This document shows positions 19,722 through 27,589 of a stretch of DNA of 59,607 nucleotides, one piece after another. Origin of the DNA: Dehalococcoidia bacterium. Its GTDB lineage: Bacteria; Chloroflexota; Dehalococcoidia; Dehalococcoidales; BS750m-G39. The notes under the pieces are model-generated. The model made no database searches and had not been told where the DNA came from. It was given only the letters and a program-made list of their open reading frames with translations. The DNA lies in the NCBI GenBank assembly GCA_011176635.1, contig DUEC01000027.1, positions 1 through 59,607 on the forward strand. Reading direction: 5' to 3'. The stretch's first letter is position 1. The number at the start of each line of letters is the position of its first letter. The position numbers and the translations under genes were made by a program.

Positions 19722-19823
19722 AGAGACCTGTTATAATGAGAGCTTAAAGCGATAGCGTAAGCTATAGCGGCAAGCAGGTATAGCTATGAATAGAATGCTG
19801 AAAGAAAGGAGGTGCCATAAATA

Positions 19824-20567
19824 ATGAAGAAGGTTTTAGTCCTCTCATTAGCTCTTATCCTCCTGCTGGGGATAATGAGCAATGGCACCTCCAGCTATTT
19901 CAGTGACACCGAGACTGGCTCTGGTACCATATGTGCCTGGCTAGGCTGCCCGCCTGGAAGTATGATAATTGTCAGCGACACGAATACAATGGTCACCGAG
20001 GTCAACAACGCGCTACTAATTACTCCCCAAAATGCGGTACCTGCCTGGGAGCCATGTCTTTCATATCCAGCTTGTGACACAAGCATAGAAGATGACCCTT
20101 CACTCTGGGATAACAGCACGGGTAATTACTTCACTCTTACAGGTGCCGACTGGATATGGGACACTCGATTAACCAGTGACCCGGCAGCGGATGCGCCGGT
20201 ACTAGGACGGGTGGTGCGCTTTGAAAGGACATTCGATATCCCCTGCTCGCCGATTGGGGCTACCCTGCATATGGCAGTGGATAACGGCTACACCGTCTGG
20301 CTAAATGGAAACCTTGTCGGTTGCGCACAGGTTAATTCCGGTGGGGCTGACCCCTGTATAGACTGGTGGACCACTGACCTCACAGAGGCTTACGTGCATA
20401 CCGACGGCTGGCAGACTGTAGGGCATTATGCTATTCCTTCAATGTACTTAGTAGTCGGGACGAATACCCTCGTAATCCTGGCCGCTAATGAGCAGCTGCC
20501 GGATGGTACGGCGGAGAGCAATCCCGCCGGGTTAATTTACCAGCTTGAAGTTACATGGGGAGATTGA
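19824..20567 (+). CDS. Secreted protein with a SipW-cognate-type signal (SYFSDTETGSG) and a C-terminal beta-sandwich, possibly carbohydrate-binding-like, domain
   Basis: 247 aa with an AAGGAGG SD. The N-terminal motif is shared with the 18489 gene. Confidence 0.62.
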   Translation: MKKVLVLSLALILLLGIMSNGTSSYFSDTETGSGTICAWLGCPPGSMIIVSDTNTMVTEVNNALLITPQNAVPAWEPCLSYPACDTSIEDDPSLWDNSTGNYFTLTGADWIWDTRLTSDPAADAPVLGRVVRFERTFDIPCSPIGATLHMAVDNGYTVWLNGNLVGCAQVNSGGADPCIDWWTTDLTEAYVHTDGWQTVGHYAIPSMYLVVGTNTLVILAANEQLPDGTAESNPAGLIYQLEVTWGD

Positions 20568-22288
20568 TGACGATAAAGATGGGAAACGGTAGAATTATTA
20601 AGTATGCCGCCAGGCTGTTGCTGGCGGTAATAATAGGGCTGTTTATGCTCGGCTCATCACCGACCCCGGTACAAGCCGCAGACCCGCCATCAATAATCCT
20701 GACCCTGGGAGGAACGGGAGCTACCCCCTGGAGCATAGATGGTATTATGCCCTGCCAGAGCGGCACCGAGACGCTCACCCTGCACAACGCCGGTAACCTG
20801 GACGGCTTTGTTATTATCTGGATAGAAAATATCGTCAGCGATGAAGGTCTAAACTCCGAACCCGAAACTAATACCGCACCCGAAGACGGCGGTGAGCTTG
20901 ATGACTACCTGCTGTTTGACCTCTCCACCAACCCCGCCGGCGCTCTAGATACCAACCTAGCTCCGCCGACGACCATTGACAACTTCCCCCAGGACGCTTT
21001 CGACCCCAACTATATCTGGATAGTCCCCTTAAACCCCGGTGATACCGTCACCCTGAATTGGCATTGGGAGCTACCCTGCGCCACCGGTAACGATGCCCAG
21101 GGAGATACCCTTTCCTTCGACATAACCTATTTCCTGGTCGACGATTTTCCTCCTCCGCCGCCTCCACCTCTATTCACCGGCGGCCCTGGTGCTGAGGAGG
21201 ATTGTTTCATGGAAATAGACATGCTGGGTGAAATAACCATCATAGAGATGGACTGTTGTCTCAACAGGTCCCTTGAAGAAGAGCTGGCCTATGACCCCGA
21301 TGACCTGCACTTCATGGAGATTCTCTATAACATGGAGATACTTTGCGGTGAGTGTGCGGGATGCTACTGCTTCCCCCGCGTAGTGGTGATGAGTCTGTCC
21401 GAGCATGGACCGCCTCCACCGGAGGATATGACAACAGTAGGCCCGATTTATGATTTTACGGGGTATGAAGACAGCGACAGGAATGACCCCTGCTCTATCG
21501 CCACCTTCTTCGACCCGTTACTGATAATACAGCTCAGCTATAACCCCGACGACCTGCCTCCTGGCGCTTCTTCACCCGTTATCGCCTTTTATGACGATGT
21601 ACAGGGCTTATGGGTTACCCTACCCCCTGCCAGCGGTATACCGGCCGAAATCGGCAGGATAACCGCAGAGACAAATTACCTCGCTTCACCGTTCGCCATA
21701 CTGGTGAACGTACCTCCCCCATCCCAACCCCCCACTCTGGCCAATTTTGTGGTCAGTGACTTGAACATCACACCCGGCGTGAGGGAAATATGGCAGCCGG
21801 TTACCTTTGTCACCAAGACGGGAGAAAGCGTCACCATCACCGCCAATGTAACTAATGACGGCGGGCAGGCGGGCACTTTTACCGTCGAGCTACAGATAAA
21901 CGGGGAGACAATAGCCACTAAAGAAGTAACGCCGGGTGCCGGTCAAAGCGAGCTGGTAAGCTTCACCCTGACCGACTTAGAATCGGGGCGTTATGGGGTA
22001 ATGCTTTCCGGCTTGAGCGGTGATTTCAGGGTGTTCCTGAGCATCAACTGGTGGCTCATAATAAGTATAATCGCTGCCCTCTTGCTGTTAGGCTGGCTGA
22101 ACTGGTATCTCTGGTATCGTAAAAAGTGGCCCCGCGTTTGGAATCGCAGAAAGTGGCCCCGCATAAATTGGGCCCGCATCTGGTCTGATACCAAGGGGGC
22201 TCCCGTTTGGAAACGTGGATACTGGGCCCGCATCTGGTCACATATTCAGTCCTTTATAAAGGGGCTGAGACCAAAGCTGGCGTCTTAA
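20567..22288 (+). CDS. Membrane-anchored protein: signal peptide, TasA-like N-terminal domain, central domain, CARDB-like domain, TM helix, and a Trp/Arg-rich repeat tail
   Basis: The ORF is 20555..22288. I prefer the ATG at 20567, which overlaps the upstream TGA (TGATG) and follows GGGGAG. Signal cleavage is predicted at ..PVQA/ADPP. The CARDB-like segment is VVSDLNITPG...VTITANVTNDGGQAGTFTVEL.ING. The TM is WWLIISIIAALLLLGWLNWYLW. Confidence 0.62.
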   Translation: MTIKMGNGRIIKYAARLLLAVIIGLFMLGSSPTPVQAADPPSIILTLGGTGATPWSIDGIMPCQSGTETLTLHNAGNLDGFVIIWIENIVSDEGLNSEPETNTAPEDGGELDDYLLFDLSTNPAGALDTNLAPPTTIDNFPQDAFDPNYIWIVPLNPGDTVTLNWHWELPCATGNDAQGDTLSFDITYFLVDDFPPPPPPPLFTGGPGAEEDCFMEIDMLGEITIIEMDCCLNRSLEEELAYDPDDLHFMEILYNMEILCGECAGCYCFPRVVVMSLSEHGPPPPEDMTTVGPIYDFTGYEDSDRNDPCSIATFFDPLLIIQLSYNPDDLPPGASSPVIAFYDDVQGLWVTLPPASGIPAEIGRITAETNYLASPFAILVNVPPPSQPPTLANFVVSDLNITPGVREIWQPVTFVTKTGESVTITANVTNDGGQAGTFTVELQINGETIATKEVTPGAGQSELVSFTLTDLESGRYGVMLSGLSGDFRVFLSINWWLIISIIAALLLLGWLNWYLWYRKKWPRVWNRRKWPRINWARIWSDTKGAPVWKRGYWARIWSHIQSFIKGLRPKLAS

Positions 22289-22387
22289 AAAGAGCCTCCC
22301 CGCTTTTTCACCCCCTAAGCTATTATCCTATCCCAGCGCCACCGACTTGCTAAAAGCCATCACACCCTCTAAAATATCAGATAGTCC

Positions 22388-22460
22388 GGGCCGCTAGCTC
22401 AACTGGCAGAGCAGCTGACTCTTAATCAGCAGGTTGGAGGTTCGAGTCCTCCGCGGCTCA
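22388..22460 (+). tRNA. tRNA-Lys (anticodon CTT)
   Basis: A 73-nt cloverleaf read by hand. Acceptor gggccgc/gcggctc (one G-U); D-arm gctc/gagc; anticodon arm gctga-ctCTTaa-tcagc; T-arm ggagg-ttcgagt-cctcc; discriminator A. CCA is not encoded. Confidence 0.9.
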
Positions 22461-22480
22461 TTTCAAAGCTAAATCGGCTT
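22418..22480 (+). repeat. attL: 63-bp direct repeat (43 nt of the tRNA-Lys 3' part plus 20 nt downstream)
   Basis: Identical to 27590-27652 except for two positions (G/A and C/T). These two positions pair with each other in the T-stem. Confidence 0.88.
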
Positions 22481-22497
22481 TCCCTACGCCGTAAAAG

Positions 22498-23460
22498 ATG
22501 GTTTTAGACCAACTGATTCAAGGAAAAGCCCAGATAGGCCGCGTATCTGGGCTAGACCAACTGATTCGTCGCGGCAACCTCACAGCACACCTTCAAGCCT
22601 TCCTGCTATCCTGCAGGGTGGACGGGCTCTCCCCGGCATCGCTGAGGGACTATCGGCAGAAGATAGGCGCCTTCGTCATTTTCTGCGCCGGCCACAACAT
22701 CGACAAACCCAAGCGGCTGACCGTCTCCGGCATCCGCACGTTCCTGGCGAAGACGCGGGAGACCAACTCCCCGGTCTCGGTCGCCGACTACTACCGGTGC
22801 GTCAAGCGGTTCCTGAACTGGATGGTCGAGGAGCGGATGCTAAAGCGCAATCCCATGGCCGCCATCCGCCCGCCGAAGACCCCTCGGAAAGTAATCGCCC
22901 CCTTCACGACGGACCACGTCAAGCGCCTCCTCCTGCTCTGCGACGACCTGAAGTTCCTGGGCGCCAGAAACAAGGCGATAATCCTGATGTTCCTGGACAC
23001 CGGCCTCAGACTCTCCGAGCTGGCCGGCATCCAATTAAAGGACGTGGACTTTGACCGGGAGGTCATCAAAGTCATGGGCAAGGGGGCCAGGGAGCGGGTG
23101 GTCAGAATCGGTAGGGCGGCGCAGAAAGCCCTGCTGCGCTACCTTCTCATGCGGGAGGACGATTACCCCTGCCTGTGGGTCACCGAGGAGCGGAGGCCGC
23201 TCGCTCACTGGGGAATCGAGCTGATGATACGGAAGCTGGGCAGAAGAGCCGGCATCGAAGGGGTAAGGTGCTCGCCCCATACCTTCAGACACACCTTCGC
23301 CACCCGGGCGCTGCTCAACGGCGCCGGGGAGTTCGAGGTGCAGTCCCTACTGGGGCACGAGGGGCTGGATATGACTAGGCGTTACGCGGCCAGTCTGAGG
23401 AGCGAGGCGGCCGTCGAGGGGCACAAGAGATTTAGCCCGGTGGACAATATGGGAATTTAA
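22498..23460 (+). CDS. int: Tyrosine-type site-specific integrase (XerC/D-like phage integrase family)
   Basis: 320 aa. An N-terminal SAM-like domain, then catalytic-domain motifs: LDTGLRLSEL (Arg), HTFRHTFAT (His-x-x-Arg), LLGHEGLDMTRRY (His..Tyr). Confidence 0.87.
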   Translation: MVLDQLIQGKAQIGRVSGLDQLIRRGNLTAHLQAFLLSCRVDGLSPASLRDYRQKIGAFVIFCAGHNIDKPKRLTVSGIRTFLAKTRETNSPVSVADYYRCVKRFLNWMVEERMLKRNPMAAIRPPKTPRKVIAPFTTDHVKRLLLLCDDLKFLGARNKAIILMFLDTGLRLSELAGIQLKDVDFDREVIKVMGKGARERVVRIGRAAQKALLRYLLMREDDYPCLWVTEERRPLAHWGIELMIRKLGRRAGIEGVRCSPHTFRHTFATRALLNGAGEFEVQSLLGHEGLDMTRRYAASLRSEAAVEGHKRFSPVDNMGI

Positions 23461-23543
23461 GAAGTGCCATGATCTATATTTTGATACCCGTGAAGCCATG
23501 GCCCACAGCTGATAAGTTTTTGGGAATTTTCTATAAGAAGGCA

Positions 23544-23572
23544 TTGACAGTTGGCTTAAGTGGTTGTAATCT
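23544..23572 (+). promoter_or_regulatory. Putative sigma70 promoter of the cargo operon; the predicted transcript is (nearly) leaderless
   Basis: TTGACA (23544-23549), 17 nt, TAATCT (23567-23572). The ATG at 23582 is only 10 nt beyond the -10 element, and there is no SD. Confidence 0.4.
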
Positions 23573-23581
23573 TGTTGCAAA

Positions 23582-24880
23582 ATGAGTAAGTTAGATACTA
23601 TTGTCAAGACTGGGTTGTCCGATGATTTTGCTGCTTATATAGACGATTTGAAATCTGAAATCCGGGGGGCTTATCTGGAAAATGATGCTCCTTGGATTGT
23701 TTGTTTTTCCGGGGGTAAGGACAGCACGGCGCTGTTGCAGTTGGTTTTTTACGCGCTGTCAGAGCTTGACGAAAAAGAGCTGGCGAAGGAACTGCATGTG
23801 CTGTCGAACGATACGCTTGTAGAAAATCCTGCAATTAGTAAGCATGTGGATGGGCAACTAGAAAGGATCAGAGTATACGGGCAGGAAAAGCTGTACAAGC
23901 ACAACCCGGGCTTGTTCTTTGTCGAGAAGGGCAAACCTAAGATCGAGGAGAGATTTTGGGTAAATCTTATCGGTAGGGGATATCCTTCTCCTAATAGATG
24001 GTTCCGTTGGTGTACGGAAAGGCTGAAAATAAACCCGACTAGCAAATATATTGGGGATTCGCTGGAGAGGCACGAAAAGGTAATCATAGTTTTGGGGACG
24101 CGAAAAGCGGAGTCGGCAAATAGGGCTGTATCAATGAGAAATTATGCCGGTAATGGGCGTTTCCGTAATCACACATTGCCTGATGCTTTGGTGTACGCTC
24201 CGATTGCTGACGTGTCTAACGATGATGTATGGTCTTACGTTCTGCTGACCCCTAATCCGTGGGGCGGCGATAATATGGACTTGTTAGATATATATGGAAA
24301 TGCTTGTGCCGGCGGAGAGTGCCCGTTTGTGATAGAAACGGGGGTACAAAGTTGCGGCAAATCACGCTTTGGGTGTTGGGTGTGTACGGTTGTAGATAGA
24401 GATAAGTCGATGGAGAACTTCATAGTTAATGGCGAAAAATGGATGGAAGGTTTGCTTGCTTTTAGGAATTGGATTTATGAAATAAGGCAAGAAGATAGCC
24501 AGTATGTTCCTCCAAGATTGGTTGGGAAAGTTCAATTTGGACCTTTCCTGCTACGGGTAAGGGAAGAAATGCTTGAAAGGTTGCTGAAATTGCAGGATGG
24601 AGTCGGCGTAGAGTTGATCGGCGAAGAGGAACTAAATATCACGCGGAGCCTTTTGGAAGAGGATAAAAAGGCACAGTCTGCGGGTGGGATGAGAAGATAC
24701 TTCTTTGAAATGAGTAAAGGGGAGAGAATTGCTGTGGTTTCTGATTGTAATGTAGCCGAAATAAAAAGAAAAAGATTAGGCCCAATATATTTAAAGAATA
24801 TAAAATTTAAAAAATCAGAAGATGTTACAAATAAATATCTGAAATCAAAAAGGGTAATGTACTACAGGGTGAAGACATGA
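23582..24880 (+). CDS. DndC-like / PAPS-reductase-family PP-loop ATP pyrophosphatase with a Cys-rich (probable Fe-S) segment
   Basis: 432 aa. PP-loop CFSGGKDSTAL; ..RWCTERLKI..; a Cys cluster CAGGECPF...SCGKSRFGCWVCTVV, which resembles the DndC/SspD-type RFGCW.CT motif. Confidence 0.8.
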   Translation: MSKLDTIVKTGLSDDFAAYIDDLKSEIRGAYLENDAPWIVCFSGGKDSTALLQLVFYALSELDEKELAKELHVLSNDTLVENPAISKHVDGQLERIRVYGQEKLYKHNPGLFFVEKGKPKIEERFWVNLIGRGYPSPNRWFRWCTERLKINPTSKYIGDSLERHEKVIIVLGTRKAESANRAVSMRNYAGNGRFRNHTLPDALVYAPIADVSNDDVWSYVLLTPNPWGGDNMDLLDIYGNACAGGECPFVIETGVQSCGKSRFGCWVCTVVDRDKSMENFIVNGEKWMEGLLAFRNWIYEIRQEDSQYVPPRLVGKVQFGPFLLRVREEMLERLLKLQDGVGVELIGEEELNITRSLLEEDKKAQSAGGMRRYFFEMSKGERIAVVSDCNVAEIKRKRLGPIYLKNIKFKKSEDVTNKYLKSKRVMYYRVKT

Positions 24881-26499
24881 GCAAAGCCCAAGAACCGATG
24901 AATGGTGAAATTAGGGTCGCTGACGTTTCTATCGCACACCTAAGCCGTGGACTTTATAGAAGTACAGCAGCTGCATTTAAAGAACTAGTTAATAATGCTT
25001 GGGATGAAGATGCCGAAGAAGTCCGTATATATACGAATTTCCCTGAGTTTGACTCCATTTCTTGCATGGACAACGGACCTGGAATGCCTGAAGAAAAATT
25101 CAGAGACTATTTCGCAGAAAAAGGGATAGGCTATGGGGACAAGAGAATTGGCCACAGGAATGTTACTGAGAAATATGAAAGACCAATAATTGGTAGACTA
25201 GGGATTGGATTGCTTGCCATTGGGCAGCTTTGTTATAGTTTCGGAATTGAGTCTCATTATATAGGCAAGGGGGGGAAGGGGCACGCCTACAGAGCAGATA
25301 TTGACTTGCTAGACATGGATGTGCCGGATATAGATGAAAGCTTGAGTAGCGACGAGAAGGAAGAAATAAAGGTAGGAAATTGGAGGTTAACAAGGATTCC
25401 CTATGAAGAGTCAAAGCAAGGTTTTAATATATATACATCAGATACAAGAGAGACATTTAGAAAAGAGATGAAAGAGAGTATAGCTGAAGAAGACAGACAA
25501 TTAATGTCTTTTAGTCTTCCAAAGTTGTACGAGAACTTTTACGACCTGGTTGAAAGGTCTGTTCGTGAAATGGGAGCATATCTTGAGACTATTTGGGAGT
25601 TGTGCGTCTTATGTCCGATAACTTATGGCGATGATAAAAAATTTCCTTTGGACCGTAAGGCGTTTAGTAAGGAATATAAAGACGGGGAATATAGAAAAGC
25701 AATCAATTTTGTTAATAAAAAGCGGTCGGAGTTGGCAAGTTACAATTTTAAAGTCTATTTTGACGGAATAGAGCTTAAAAGGTATGTGCAGCTGCCAAAA
25801 AAGCGAGATACTGTTCCGCATCTATTTTTCATTAATTATAGTGGGGAGGTTGCAGATAGGAAGCTTAATTATTATGGCTATATATATGGACAAACAAAAG
25901 CCATAAGACCGATTGAGCTAAGCGGAATTCAAATAAGGTTAAGAAACGTAGGGATAGGTGGCTATGATGGCACCTTCCTGAAATATGATAAGAAAATAGA
26001 GACAATAAGAAACAGATGGGTATCTGGTGAGGTATTTGTTGAAGATGGCTTAGAAGTGGCTCTGAATATAGACAGGGATAGCTTCAACGAACACGATGAA
26101 CATTTCAAAAAGATACAGGAGGATTTGCACAGCAAATTAGACCAGGTTTTTAAAAAAATTGAATCAACGGCCAACGAACTACGAAAAGAGAAACATGAAA
26201 AGAAAGAGGAAGAGGTTAGGGCTGAGACATGGACAGCAATTAATCAAGGAACGCATGGTAAAGTTGATGTTGTCGAGAAGGACCTGGGAATTAACAGGCC
26301 TTTAATAGTTATTGACAAAATCAATAAACGGTTAGTGCTGAATACGGCAATTAGACCAGTGAAAAAGAAAAAAGCTGATAACTTGATTAGATACGTATCT
26401 TTAGCATATCACGTTGCGAAGTATATATCTAAGACTGAAAACGAAAGGTACGATAATTTTTATAATATTATTAGGGAAATGCTGCGAAAAATAGCATGA
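24877..26499 (+). CDS. GHKL-superfamily ATPase (MORC/Hsp90/MutL-like Bergerat fold) with an uncharacterised C-terminal half
   Basis: 540 aa. The start overlaps the upstream stop (ATGA). N-box ELVNNAWDED; G1 box CMDNGPGM; G2-like GRLGIGLLAIG. A Lys/Glu-rich predicted helix lies near residues 430-450. Confidence 0.72.
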   Translation: MSKAQEPMNGEIRVADVSIAHLSRGLYRSTAAAFKELVNNAWDEDAEEVRIYTNFPEFDSISCMDNGPGMPEEKFRDYFAEKGIGYGDKRIGHRNVTEKYERPIIGRLGIGLLAIGQLCYSFGIESHYIGKGGKGHAYRADIDLLDMDVPDIDESLSSDEKEEIKVGNWRLTRIPYEESKQGFNIYTSDTRETFRKEMKESIAEEDRQLMSFSLPKLYENFYDLVERSVREMGAYLETIWELCVLCPITYGDDKKFPLDRKAFSKEYKDGEYRKAINFVNKKRSELASYNFKVYFDGIELKRYVQLPKKRDTVPHLFFINYSGEVADRKLNYYGYIYGQTKAIRPIELSGIQIRLRNVGIGGYDGTFLKYDKKIETIRNRWVSGEVFVEDGLEVALNIDRDSFNEHDEHFKKIQEDLHSKLDQVFKKIESTANELRKEKHEKKEEEVRAETWTAINQGTHGKVDVVEKDLGINRPLIVIDKINKRLVLNTAIRPVKKKKADNLIRYVSLAYHVAKYISKTENERYDNFYNIIREMLRKIA

Positions 26500-27503
26500 A
26501 CGGGCCAGATTGGGACACAAGATATAGTAAGCACTATGTCCGCCGGGACGGCTGGTTACCAGCGAGTAAAGAATACATAAAAAAAACAGGAAAATCGGTA
26601 GTAAAGTATTTTACTCTATGTGATGTTCATGCAATAGATATATTCATGCTTGAGATGGAAGGAATTCTCCCCCGGGATGAGAATGGTAAACTACCAAATG
26701 TTATAATTTGTGAAGGATCCGTACACAAAGTTCCATTAATAAATAAGTTAGTGAAACCACCGTTAGAAGAAGCAATTATACTTGCAAACCTTGAGGATCT
26801 TATTACGTTTGAAGACGATGAATACACAAGAACTACGCCGTTGAAGACGTATGAAAGAGACAGATCAAAAAGGCAAAGGCTTAGGTTAAAAGAAAGGCAC
26901 GAGCGTTTCAAGCTGTTTCTTCCGTTTGACATTATCAATTTTGATCCGAGCAATAGTATATTAGGACAAGCGCTAGAAGTTAATAAGTTGTATAAAGCTC
27001 TTGAGAAAATATTCGAATTGCAGAAATTAACCAATTATTTCTTATTGTTCGTTACTACCAATATATCAAATCCACACGTCAGCATAGTGAGAAAATGCAT
27101 GAAGGAACTCGGCGAGAACCTGGAAAAGTATCCAAGATTGAAAGAAGCAATGACTAAGCGTTTGGGTGAAGTAGAATACAATAAGATACCTGAGCAATAT
27201 AGAATACCAATCTGCTTTGTTAAATCATTCGTGGTTGATATTGCAAGGCGGAAGGGATGGTATTGTGAACATAGAGGGGTTTTCGTGTATGAAAATCCAG
27301 ATAAAAGTAAAATGTTGGCTTCGGTTGTCTTTTGTACGCAAGTAAGAGGCGAACAAGATGAAGCAGCGTATCTTAATGATATTATCAGCGTGATTGGAGG
27401 CCAGATGAAGTATCACTCTTATGCTGATTCATTAAAGGATAAGCCCATTCAAGAGGACTTAAAAGCGATAATAAGTTACAGAGAGAAGGTGCGTAGGGGC
27501 TAG
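26496..27503 (+). CDS. Orphan hypothetical protein (335 aa), third gene of the cargo operon
   Basis: The start overlaps the upstream stop (ATGA). I recognise no motif. There is a basic patch (YERDRSKRQRLRLKERHERFK) and alternating beta/alpha-like segments (KYFTLCDVHAIDIF, FDIINFDPSNS, FLLFVTTN). Confidence 0.6.
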   Translation: MNGPDWDTRYSKHYVRRDGWLPASKEYIKKTGKSVVKYFTLCDVHAIDIFMLEMEGILPRDENGKLPNVIICEGSVHKVPLINKLVKPPLEEAIILANLEDLITFEDDEYTRTTPLKTYERDRSKRQRLRLKERHERFKLFLPFDIINFDPSNSILGQALEVNKLYKALEKIFELQKLTNYFLLFVTTNISNPHVSIVRKCMKELGENLEKYPRLKEAMTKRLGEVEYNKIPEQYRIPICFVKSFVVDIARRKGWYCEHRGVFVYENPDKSKMLASVVFCTQVRGEQDEAAYLNDIISVIGGQMKYHSYADSLKDKPIQEDLKAIISYREKVRRG

Positions 27504-27589
27504 AATAAATGTCTAGCAGTCTAGAACAGCTGAAAGCCGGGCAAAGCCTTTATTCTTAAGGGCCGGTTTTGCTGGTTTTCGCCAGCAGA

